Of a DNA stretch of 64,000 bases, positions 41,232 through 49,782 are shown piece after piece. Below the pieces are notes generated by a model. That model had not been told where the DNA came from and did not search any database. It saw nothing but the letters and a program-made list of their open reading frames with translations. Position 1 is the stretch's first letter; each line of letters starts with the position of its first letter. The stretch spans positions 62,001 through 126,000 of IMG/VR virus record IMGVR_UViG_3300030041_000009; one strand, given 5' to 3'. Position numbers and translations under genes: made by a program.

Positions 41232-42074
41232 TTAAATCGCTAATTCCAAAGGAGATTTAATTTTTTCAATTCCTTCTATTCCAGTAATTTCAAAATCATT
41301 AATATTATAATCATAAAAGTTTTTATTCTCTTTTAATATTAATTTTGACTGTGTATCTAATGGAGTTCTTTGTAATAATTCTTCTAAAGCATCAAAATGC
41401 CTATCATAAACATGTAAGTTTTGCATTAAATGGCAAAACTTACCAACTTTATATCCAAGATGTCCAGCAATCATCATTTGAAATGCCACATACTGAATTT
41501 TGTTAATAAATCCTGAAGTTAAATAATCATTTGATCTTTGCGTTAATGTCATATCTAAATAATATTCATTGTTTACTTTTCTAACTGACCACAATGTTTC
41601 ATATGCACAAGGATATAATCCTTTTGTTTCATCAAAATCTTCATATTGATACATGTTAATTATATGACGCCTACCAAATGGATCATTTTTTAATCCATCT
41701 AATAATTTATTCATTAAATTATATTTCTTAATAGTATAACCGTACCTGGATCCAATTGTTAAATCACCGACATTCCATTCATCCCACCAAGTGACTCCAA
41801 GCTCATGTGCCACATCTAATGAATTTGTTTGTTTTTGATATATCCAGAAAATCTCTTTTATTCCAGTTTTTATAGCTGTATTTCTCAGTGTTGGAATTGG
41901 AAACTCACCTTTTGAAATGTCATATTCTTCAAATACTTGAGTTATAAATTTTGTATATGCCTCAGTACCATCTTTATATCTTGGCCTTGGATTTTCATCA
42001 AAAGAACCTTCATTTTTTATTCTGTTTAAATTTTCAATGTAATATTTATCTGCTTTATTCATTTTCATTTTCAT
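41232..42074 (-). CDS. thyA: Thymidylate synthase
   Basis: EIFW, GRRH, LYPC, QRSND, conserved Asn (NKIQY), HVYDRH. Confidence 0.92.
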   Translation of the reverse strand: MKMKMNKADKYYIENLNRIKNEGSFDENPRPRYKDGTEAYTKFITQVFEEYDISKGEFPIPTLRNTAIKTGIKEIFWIYQKQTNSLDVAHELGVTWWDEWNVGDLTIGSRYGYTIKKYNLMNKLLDGLKNDPFGRRHIINMYQYEDFDETKGLYPCAYETLWSVRKVNNEYYLDMTLTQRSNDYLTSGFINKIQYVAFQMMIAGHLGYKVGKFCHLMQNLHVYDRHFDALEELLQRTPLDTQSKLILKENKNFYDYNINDFEITGIEGIEKIKSPLELAI

Positions 42075-42228
42075 TATTTTTTAAATTTTCTTTAAGATAT
42101 TCTTCATATATAAATAATGATATTTCACTTATTTGATAAGTAGAATAATTATTTAAATCATCAATTTCATTATCAGTTAATTTTTTTGGTTCTACTCTTT
42201 CATTTGTTTTCATATTATTTATTATTTT

Positions 42229-43050
42229 TTAAAAATTTAAATAAAGAGATTCACTAATTATTGTATCATTACTTGCTTCTTTTATTCTTCTAAATGAAGA
42301 ATTTCCAGATATTAAATATTCATGCCGTTTATAATTATTTGGTCCAAAATGTTCTATTTTATCATCATTTATTTTTCCATTATATGATAAAATCCATTTG
42401 GATGATAATAAATCTAACCAATTTATAAATTTTTCAGAATTAAATCCACCATAATACATACCTTTGGTATTTTGATAAGGCGGATCCATATAAATTATAT
42501 CATTTTCATTTGATTTTATATTTTCATAACTTTCTTGTGAAAATATAATATTTTTAGAATTGAATAATTTGTTATATTTTTTTATAATTTTATCAACAGA
42601 TTCTGGCATCATTCCACTTCTTGTGAAATGACAACTGGAATTAAACTTACCACTTTGATTCCATCTTGGTAATCCAGAAGTTACAGTCCTCATAATAAAA
42701 TAGAAATCTTCTGACTTTTTATTTTCATTAAAATTATTTCTTATTTCATTAAAATATTCTTTTCTATGCTGTATATCATCATCTATATTAAATTCCTTAT
42801 AATGATTATTATATGTATCTATAAGTAAATCAGGATCATTCATTATTAATTGATAAATACCTATTAATTCCTTATTAATATCAGATAAATAGTAACTATT
42901 GACCTCAATATCACTTTCTAATAATTTTAAAAATACAGATCCTCCTCCTAAAAATGGCTCTCTGTATGTGTCTATTTTTTTAGGAAAATAATTTATTATA
43001 TTTTTTGCTTGGGAATCTTTCGATCCTGACCATTTCATTAATTTGCTCAT
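42229..43050 (-). CDS. dam: DNA adenine methyltransferase (Dam/D12 class)
   Basis: KW.GSK, EPFLGGGSV, SDIN, YMDPPY. Confidence 0.85.
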   Translation of the reverse strand: MSKLMKWSGSKDSQAKNIINYFPKKIDTYREPFLGGGSVFLKLLESDIEVNSYYLSDINKELIGIYQLIMNDPDLLIDTYNNHYKEFNIDDDIQHRKEYFNEIRNNFNENKKSEDFYFIMRTVTSGLPRWNQSGKFNSSCHFTRSGMMPESVDKIIKKYNKLFNSKNIIFSQESYENIKSNENDIIYMDPPYQNTKGMYYGGFNSEKFINWLDLLSSKWILSYNGKINDDKIEHFGPNNYKRHEYLISGNSSFRRIKEASNDTIISESLYLNF

Positions 43051-43074
43051 TTTAATATTTTTTATATTATCTGT

Positions 43075-43437
43075 TTATTCATCTTTATCTTCTAATATTC
43101 TTATTTTTAATTCCCTTAATAATTTATTCCAATATGGTTTAACGTCATCATAGTGTATATCTTTTATTATTTTATTAATATCATTTACTATATCATAAAA
43201 ATTATTAGAATATGTATTTCCAGCTATTGGATAAATAACTTCAATATTATTATCTCCTGTTTGTATCGGTAAATACAGTTCACGTATAGTATAATTTTCT
43301 TTTAATTCTTCATCTGATGATAAATTACCAGATTCAATATAACTCATTATCATCTCTTCTGCTTGCTGTCTTGTTAACCCTGATATATTTATTTTATATA
43401 CTATTATTATTAGTTCATTTTTCATTCGATATTTCAT
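43075..43437 (-). CDS. Hypothetical protein with RxxK[IL]-type tail
   Basis: Ends LLRELKIRILE. Confidence 0.55.
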   Translation of the reverse strand: MKYRMKNELIIIVYKINISGLTRQQAEEMIMSYIESGNLSSDEELKENYTIRELYLPIQTGDNNIEVIYPIAGNTYSNNFYDIVNDINKIIKDIHYDDVKPYWNKLLRELKIRILEDKDE

Positions 43438-43603
43438 TTAATTTTTCTAATTTATCTTTTCTTGTGACCGTATCAACAATTAAAATAGTTTGACCATCTC
43501 CAGTCGAAATCTTTTCTATTATAGATTTACAATCTTTTAATTCTCTATTTATATCATTAATTTTTTGCTTAGCATCATATCCTATATAAATTGCTTTTAA
43601 CAT
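43415..43603 (-). CDS. Small RKxKL-tagged protein, paralog of 43613
   Basis: RELK.CKSI..STG..LIVD..RKDKLEKLNE. Confidence 0.65.
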   Translation of the reverse strand: MLKAIYIGYDAKQKINDINRELKDCKSIIEKISTGDGQTILIVDTVTRKDKLEKLNEISNEK

Positions 43604-43612
43604 ATTTTTTAA

Positions 43613-43804
43613 TTATTTTTTATTTGATATTTCATTTAATTTTTCTAATTTTTCTTTTCTTGAAAAAATATCAACTATTAAAACTGTTCCATATCCAGTT
43701 GACATTTCTTTAATTATAGATTTGCATTCTTTTAACTCTCTATTTAATTCTTCCAGATCACTTTGTTTTCCATAATCTCCTCTTACAAATATTGCTTTTA
43801 TCAT
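43613..43804 (-). CDS. Small RKxKL-tagged protein
   Basis: RKEKLEKLNE. Confidence 0.65.
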   Translation of the reverse strand: MIKAIFVRGDYGKQSDLEELNRELKECKSIIKEMSTGYGTVLIVDIFSRKEKLEKLNEISNKK

Positions 43805-43806
43805 AA

Positions 43807-45024
43807 TTATTCTATTAATTTTTTAAATAATTCAGATCTTTTTTGATTTGTAATACCAATTTCATAATTATCTCTTACATATTCAAATAAATTTTCACCA
43901 TGCTCTTTAACTTTATCAGGATTTTCAACATAATATTGCATAATTTCTTTCCAACGTAATGAACTATCAGTATCTTCATCAACTAAAAAACCTTTTTGTT
44001 TACCATCAATCTTACCTTCAATATCATCTATAGTATAAGGTCCATAATTACTACATATAATCGGGCAATGATGCGCTCCAGCCTCAATTACTTTTAATTG
44101 ACTCTTTACCATATTAAAAGAATTGTGAGACTTTAAAGGTGCTAATACTACATCTGCTTCATTATACATAGTACCAAAAAGCAATATTGGTTTTGTCCAC
44201 CTTCTCTGATAAAATTCATCTTTAAATTCTTCATTTACTCCGTAATTATCTCGACCTTTATCATCACCTTGTCTAAGCCAAGCATTATATTTACCGTTTA
44301 AAATATATCTGAAATTATTTGTAAAAATTGATTCAAAAAATGTCCAAGGACTTCTATTTATATTATCTTTAATTATACCATTCGGAGTAGCCATTCGTAA
44401 ATCGAATCCGCACATTACCATTTGAGCTTTTTGTAAAAAATATTTATCTAATTTTTCAAATGATGTTTTTAATAATCTTAAATCTACCAAGTGAGTTATT
44501 CCACCACCCCATAAAAATCTAATTTTATCTGAAGGTTTTTTATTTGAACACCATTGGTGTTCTTTTAAATTTACTGAATTTGGAGCAATTAATATATTAG
44601 TGTTAAATTCTATAATTTTATCTGCTAATAATTCTGTTGTTGTAGTTATTGCATCTGCTTCACGAATTTGATTCTCAATTATTGATTGAGAATTATTTTG
44701 TTTCCACATTCTGTAATTCGGATGATCATTGGATAAAATCCAATAATCATCTAGATCAAAAACTTTTTTTATATTATGCTTTTTTATAATTGCATCAAAA
44801 ACTTCTTTAGCTTTTGGTTCAGGAAAAGGAATTGGTTTATTAAATACTATTATTTTATATTGACTTAGAAAATTTTCATTAAATAATGGTAATGTACTAT
44901 CCATAAATAATCTTATATCTACTTGAATATCAGGATCATTAAAACATGAATATGGTGAAAGCAATCTTGCGTATCCAACACCATCACAGTCTGAGTCAAG
45001 AACTAAAACTTTAAATTTGTTCAT
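43807..45024 (-). CDS. GT-B fold glycosyltransferase
   Basis: G.GY.R..P, FDLDDYW, AD.ITTTT..LA, W.GG..H..DL, LAPL..FN..KS.LK.IEAG..PIICS..PY. Confidence 0.8.
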   Translation of the reverse strand: MNKFKVLVLDSDCDGVGYARLLSPYSCFNDPDIQVDIRLFMDSTLPLFNENFLSQYKIIVFNKPIPFPEPKAKEVFDAIIKKHNIKKVFDLDDYWILSNDHPNYRMWKQNNSQSIIENQIREADAITTTTELLADKIIEFNTNILIAPNSVNLKEHQWCSNKKPSDKIRFLWGGGITHLVDLRLLKTSFEKLDKYFLQKAQMVMCGFDLRMATPNGIIKDNINRSPWTFFESIFTNNFRYILNGKYNAWLRQGDDKGRDNYGVNEEFKDEFYQRRWTKPILLFGTMYNEADVVLAPLKSHNSFNMVKSQLKVIEAGAHHCPIICSNYGPYTIDDIEGKIDGKQKGFLVDEDTDSSLRWKEIMQYYVENPDKVKEHGENLFEYVRDNYEIGITNQKRSELFKKLIE

Positions 45025-45080
45025 TTAATTGATTGTTTTTATGTTTTTATATAATTTAATTGAGTAATAGTTTATTTAAA

Positions 45081-45245
45081 TTATTCTATAATATTATTCT
45101 CTTTAAGATAATTAATTACTAATTTTTCTAGTAATTTAGGTTTACTTATAACATTATCTTTAATATATTTTTCAAATTTATAACTAATTTCTGTGCTTAA
45201 ATTAAAATAATGTTTAACTGTTAATATTTTTACTTTTTTTTCCAT
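45081..45245 (-). CDS. 54-aa ribbon-helix-helix-like protein divergent from the HEG (not in ORF track)
   Basis: MEKKVKILTVKHYFNLSTEISYKFEKYIKDNVISKPKLLEKLVINYLKE. Confidence 0.6.
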   Translation of the reverse strand: MEKKVKILTVKHYFNLSTEISYKFEKYIKDNVISKPKLLEKLVINYLKENNIIE

Positions 45246-45307
45246 TTATGACCTTTTTATTTTTATATATAAATAAAATAAAGTCCGACTAAAAATAATT
45301 AAAATGA

Positions 45308-46246
45308 ATGATAATATCAAAATATGTTGAAATTAAAATAACAAAAAATAATTTAAGAATTTATAGTGATACTAAATGCAAAATAGGTGATATAATAAAT
45401 TATCCAGTAAAAAACTTAACATTAGGCAGTCATGCTATTATAGATGTTAAATGTGATTATTGTGGTAAAATATTTAAAATTAACTATAATAATTATAATA
45501 ATTATAATAATAAAACAAAAAATGGAAAATCGACAACATGTTGTAATGATGTTAAGTGCATGAAACAAAAAAGATTGTTGGCTACACAAGAAAAATATGG
45601 AGTAGATAATGTATTTCAATTAGAAGATATAAAAGAAAAAATGAAAAATACAAATTTAGAAAGATATGGAGTTGAAAATCCACATCAAAATGAAGAAATT
45701 AAAATCAAAGTAGATAATACTAATTTAATAAGATATGGATGTAAAAATGTTTTTCAAAATGAAGAAATTAAAGATAAAATAAGAGAAACGAATTTAAAAA
45801 ATTTAGGAGTAGAATATCCTACTCAATGTGAATCAGTTAAAGATAAAATAAGAAAAACAAATTTTAAAAATTATGGTTTTGATTATCCTTCTCAAAATCA
45901 AGATTATTTTAATAAACATAAAAATAATGGATTTAAGTTAACTTATTTTGATGATTTATTTTGTCAAGGTTCTTATGAAAATGATTTTGTATTAAAATAC
46001 AAAGATATAATTAAAATAGAGAATGGATTATCTTTAAAATATAATTATTTAGGTCAAACAAGAATATATCATTCTGATTTTTATTTACCTGATTATGATT
46101 TAATAATTGAAATAAAATCGTCATATTGGTATAATGTGCATTTAGAACAATGCAAAGCAAAGGAAGAATATTCTAAAAAGGAACATAATTATATTATGAT
46201 AATGAATAAAAAATATGCTGAATTTGATAAATTATTAAAATTTTAA
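45308..46246 (+). CDS. Homing endonuclease with KYGVEN..Q repeats and PD-(D/E)XK domain
   Basis: CDYCG; four YGV(E/D)(N/Y)..Q repeats; YHSDFYL...IEIKS. Confidence 0.75.
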   Translation: MIISKYVEIKITKNNLRIYSDTKCKIGDIINYPVKNLTLGSHAIIDVKCDYCGKIFKINYNNYNNYNNKTKNGKSTTCCNDVKCMKQKRLLATQEKYGVDNVFQLEDIKEKMKNTNLERYGVENPHQNEEIKIKVDNTNLIRYGCKNVFQNEEIKDKIRETNLKNLGVEYPTQCESVKDKIRKTNFKNYGFDYPSQNQDYFNKHKNNGFKLTYFDDLFCQGSYENDFVLKYKDIIKIENGLSLKYNYLGQTRIYHSDFYLPDYDLIIEIKSSYWYNVHLEQCKAKEEYSKKEHNYIMIMNKKYAEFDKLLKF

Positions 46247-46252
46247 AATAAA

Positions 46253-46284
46253 TTTGGTAAATAACAATAAATATATTATCTTTG
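46253..46284 (+). promoter_or_regulatory. Bacteroidota-type sigma promoter (-33 TTTG, -7 TATCTTTG)
   Basis: TTTG 46253-56, 20-nt spacer, TATCTTTG 46277-84, upstream of 46311. Confidence 0.7.
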
Positions 46285-46310
46285 CACATAAATATTAAAA
46301 TTGTATAAGT

Positions 46311-47057
46311 ATGAAAAATAAAGAAATATTATTTTTAGTAATTTCGATTTCAGTTATTATATTTTTAATCTATATAAATGTTAAACCATATACTAAATTA
46401 TATTCTAACATTTCTACATCAGATTACAATTTTAGTGAAATTGATAAATCATCTTCGTATAGTGATAAAAAACTTAATATTTTATCAAGTAGTACAGATA
46501 ATAATATTTCTGATGAAAGTGATGAACCTAACATCAGTATACCATCTGATGAATCATATAAGGTTATATCAGTAAATAATGATAATCCGTCATCATTGAG
46601 TTCTTCTGATTATAATGATGTATTATATTCTCATAATAATATGAATGATCATTCAGATATATTAATTCCATCATTTGATTTATATAATTCTAAAAAAGCA
46701 TCAAGTTCTAAATTAGATAATAATTTAACAGCAATAGCTACTACTACTGATTTGTCAAATAGTAGTTCATCAAATAGTAGTTTATCAAATAGTGGTAGTT
46801 CATCACAAAAATGTACTACTCCGCCAACTGGTTGTGGACATTGGGTACATCATGATGGATATTACGAATGGGAATATGATAAATGTGGTTGGCATGAAGT
46901 ATGGATTCCTCCTTATGATGAATGGGTATCTGAACCATGTCCTCCATCTTCTGTTCCAGTTGGTGATATACCTATATTAGAGTTATTTTCTCTTATATTT
47001 ATATATGTATTATATCTTAAACATAAAAAACTAAAACATTTAAAAGAATTATTATGA
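46311..47057 (+). CDS. Surface protein: N-terminal signal/anchor, Ser-rich linker, Cys/Trp domain, PID/PEP-CTERM-like C-terminal anchor
   Basis: VPVGD + TM helix + basic tail; HWVHHDGYYEW...WIPPYDEW. Confidence 0.55.
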   Translation: MKNKEILFLVISISVIIFLIYINVKPYTKLYSNISTSDYNFSEIDKSSSYSDKKLNILSSSTDNNISDESDEPNISIPSDESYKVISVNNDNPSSLSSSDYNDVLYSHNNMNDHSDILIPSFDLYNSKKASSSKLDNNLTAIATTTDLSNSSSSNSSLSNSGSSSQKCTTPPTGCGHWVHHDGYYEWEYDKCGWHEVWIPPYDEWVSEPCPPSSVPVGDIPILELFSLIFIYVLYLKHKKLKHLKELL

Positions 47058-48244
47058 AAAAACTATTATTATTTATTTTTTTGATGATTTCTTTTTCTAT
47101 ATTTTCAGAAAATGATAATCATAAATTTTCAATTGTAGGTGAAATTGGAGTAAATTATTTCGATGGTGATGTAACTCAAGATATCACAAGTATTTTTCCT
47201 GGATCAGTAAGACAAATAACAGTTGGAGGTCTTATTGAGTATACTCTCACTCCAATTTGGGGATTATCAGTTAATTATTATCATTTACCGTTAAAAGGTG
47301 AAAATCATTATGCATCATTTGAAACTAATTATAATACAGGTGATTTTAATGCCACTATTAATTTTACAAAAATGATTTTTCCAATGTCAAATTCTAAATT
47401 TTCTTTTAATGGATCAATTGGAATTGGTTATGCAAATTATACATTTAATCAAAATATCATAAAGCCTGATGTTACATCTAAAGCAATTCCTGATTATGGT
47501 AATGCATTCACTATTCCTATTACATTTTATGCTGAATATAGTTTATATAATAATATAAGTATAGGAGGAAAAATACATTATAGAACTAATAATAAAGATA
47601 ATTTAGAAGGTATAGTTTTAGCTTTTAGTACACCTGAAGGAGTAAAACATTATAGTAGTGGTGGATATGATAGCAATTCTAATGATAATATTGATGTATT
47701 TACACTCTATGCTCGTTATAAATTTAAATCAAAAGAATCTAAATCTATAGAAATTAATAAAAAATTAGAAAAGTATTCAGATTATGATAAACCTTGTTGT
47801 GGTACAACAGTTAATATAACTAATAATTATAATACAAATACAAATACTATTTATAATGGGTGTAAAACTTGTAATGATAGTACTACATATGCAAATAATA
47901 ATGGTATAAATGATGAATTTGTTAATAAAATTCCAAGTATTTATTTTGATTTCGATAAATATAATTTAGATAATACTGCATTAAATATTATTAAACATGT
48001 TGCGTTTATAATGAGAAAATATCCAGATTATAATGTTGAAATAAGAGGATATTGTGATTATATTGGTAATGTACCTTATAATGATAAATTAAGCATGAAT
48101 AGAGTTAATATGGTTAAAAATGAATTAGTAAATACATATAAAATTTCAGAGGATCATATTATCATAAATGGATTAGGTAAAATTGATACTCCAAAAATGA
48201 TGTATAGAATTAATAGACGTTGTGATTTCTTCTTCTTTAAATAA
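47054..48244 (+). CDS. OmpA-family outer membrane protein (beta-barrel + OmpA-C peptidoglycan-binding domain)
   Basis: Signal peptide; IYFDFDKY.L, I.GYCD..G...YN..LS..R, NRRCDF. Confidence 0.85.
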   Translation: MKKLLLFIFLMISFSIFSENDNHKFSIVGEIGVNYFDGDVTQDITSIFPGSVRQITVGGLIEYTLTPIWGLSVNYYHLPLKGENHYASFETNYNTGDFNATINFTKMIFPMSNSKFSFNGSIGIGYANYTFNQNIIKPDVTSKAIPDYGNAFTIPITFYAEYSLYNNISIGGKIHYRTNNKDNLEGIVLAFSTPEGVKHYSSGGYDSNSNDNIDVFTLYARYKFKSKESKSIEINKKLEKYSDYDKPCCGTTVNITNNYNTNTNTIYNGCKTCNDSTTYANNNGINDEFVNKIPSIYFDFDKYNLDNTALNIIKHVAFIMRKYPDYNVEIRGYCDYIGNVPYNDKLSMNRVNMVKNELVNTYKISEDHIIINGLGKIDTPKMMYRINRRCDFFFFK

Positions 48245-48252
48245 AAAAGCAT

Positions 48253-48310
48253 AAAATTCATCATTATTTAGTGATGAATTTTTGTTATACAAAAATTATT
48301 ATTATCTTTG
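48253..48310 (+). promoter_or_regulatory. Terminator hairpin overlapping a Bacteroidota-type promoter
   Basis: aaaattcatca/tgatgaatttt hairpin; TTTG 48281-84 and TATCTTTG 48303-10. Confidence 0.6.
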
Positions 48311-48342
48311 TATTAATTAAAAACTTGAATATTCAATAACTT

Positions 48343-48774
48343 ATGAAAAATAAAGAAGAAAGAGCATTAAAATTAAAAATGATAACTGAAATTAATTTAA
48401 TTAGTCATGAGTTAACTTTAAGAAAACTTAAATTTAGTTATGAATGCGGATTATTTGAAATAGCATTAAGAAAGACTACTCTTTATATTCAAATAGAAGA
48501 TGGTGTTTCAATTTCAAACTGTTGGATTAATTTATCTATAGATAAATGTTTTGATTTGTGTCAATTTAATTTGGTTATTGAAGAATTTATTATGCAATTA
48601 AATGAAATTATTGAAGATGCTAATAAAATATGTAATTTAAAAGAAAAAGTAGAAAAACAAATAAATAATACAAGAGAATTGATTAATAATTCTGGTATTT
48701 GTCATATAAAAACTGATGATTCTTTTTTTGATGATGTACTATTTGAAAATTTAATATGTTGTGATACAATTTAA
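48343..48774 (+). CDS. Hypothetical protein
   Basis: ORF; N-terminal EERALKLKMI resembles the RKxKL tag. Confidence 0.55.
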   Translation: MKNKEERALKLKMITEINLISHELTLRKLKFSYECGLFEIALRKTTLYIQIEDGVSISNCWINLSIDKCFDLCQFNLVIEEFIMQLNEIIEDANKICNLKEKVEKQINNTRELINNSGICHIKTDDSFFDDVLFENLICCDTI

Positions 48775-48786
48775 AATTATAAAATC

Positions 48787-49068
48787 ATGAAAGAGATAAC
48801 TAGGTATTTTTACATGACATTAATTGTCGTTCAAATTTTGTTTGTGTTTTTATGGTATTTTAATATTAATGCTATTGGTATTCTATCTTGGATAGGAAAA
48901 GGTAGTGATTATAATCCTTTAAAGTTATTTCTACCATTGATTGTTTATGGCGTAATTAAAATACTTTATTGGTTTGCTGATCCTCTTTCAGCATTATTTT
49001 CAATTATTCTTAGGTGGGTTGTTATTATTGGAGTTTTTTATCTGTTTGTCTGGTTATTTCTTAAATAA
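48787..49068 (+). CDS. Small membrane protein (3 TM)
   Basis: Three hydrophobic segments. Confidence 0.6.
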   Translation: MKEITRYFYMTLIVVQILFVFLWYFNINAIGILSWIGKGSDYNPLKLFLPLIVYGVIKILYWFADPLSALFSIILRWVVIIGVFYLFVWLFLK

Positions 49069-49074
49069 TTATAT

Positions 49075-49521
49075 ATGAATATGTTAAATAAAATAATAAA
49101 AAATATTTTAAAAATATTTAAGAATTTTTATTACTTTTTATATACTCCTATGAAATTGTATGATACCTATCATGCATTAGATATTTTAGTTGTATATTTA
49201 GAAAATGTTAAAATTATTAATATTGAAATTATAATAGGTAATTGTGTAATAACTTTCTCTGATAATTCAGTATTAACTTTTTGGAATTCTAGATGGAATG
49301 CTTGGATGGCTTATGGAACAATGAAATTTAGTAATGGAAGAATAATGAAATGGAATAAAAAACAACCATCTTGTGAAGTTTATTATAAATATAAAAAATT
49401 AATTCTAAATCATGAAAAATCTAAAAATCATAAAATAGATAATGTAGAAATTGAAGATTTTTCTGATTGCTTACCTATTAAATTACTTAGAAAACAAAAA
49501 TTAAAAAATATTAAAAAATAA
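49075..49521 (+). CDS. RKxKL-tagged protein, intact paralog of the tnpB-split gene
   Basis: LDIL.VYLENVKI...RW..WM..G.M.F.NG..W...PS.EV.YKYKKLIL...CLPIKL.RK.KLKNIKK. Confidence 0.7.
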   Translation: MNMLNKIIKNILKIFKNFYYFLYTPMKLYDTYHALDILVVYLENVKIINIEIIIGNCVITFSDNSVLTFWNSRWNAWMAYGTMKFSNGRIMKWNKKQPSCEVYYKYKKLILNHEKSKNHKIDNVEIEDFSDCLPIKLLRKQKLKNIKK

Positions 49522-49782
49522 TGAATAAGTTATTAAAAAAAATATATTACGGGTTTTTATGGCATAATCATATAAAATATGATTATTATCCTTTGTTAGA
49601 TATTTTACTTGTATATTTAGAAAATGTTAAAATTTCATCTATTAATGTAGATAATTATTATGCTACAATATTATTTTATGATAATTCAATATTAAAATTT
49701 TTGATTTGTGATGATAATATTCATTTTACTGTTAAAGATTATAATAGATGGTATATATGGATGAGCAAAGGTGAAATGTCAT
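49521..49782 (+). pseudogene. 5' half of gene split by the solo tnpB element
   Basis: Matches the N-half of 49075; stop codon created by the insertion. Confidence 0.85.

Noticed and set aside
41232-42074. dCMP hydroxymethylase for a T4-like glucosyl-hmC pathway
   Set aside because: Asn rather than Asp at the specificity position, and standard ThyA motifs.
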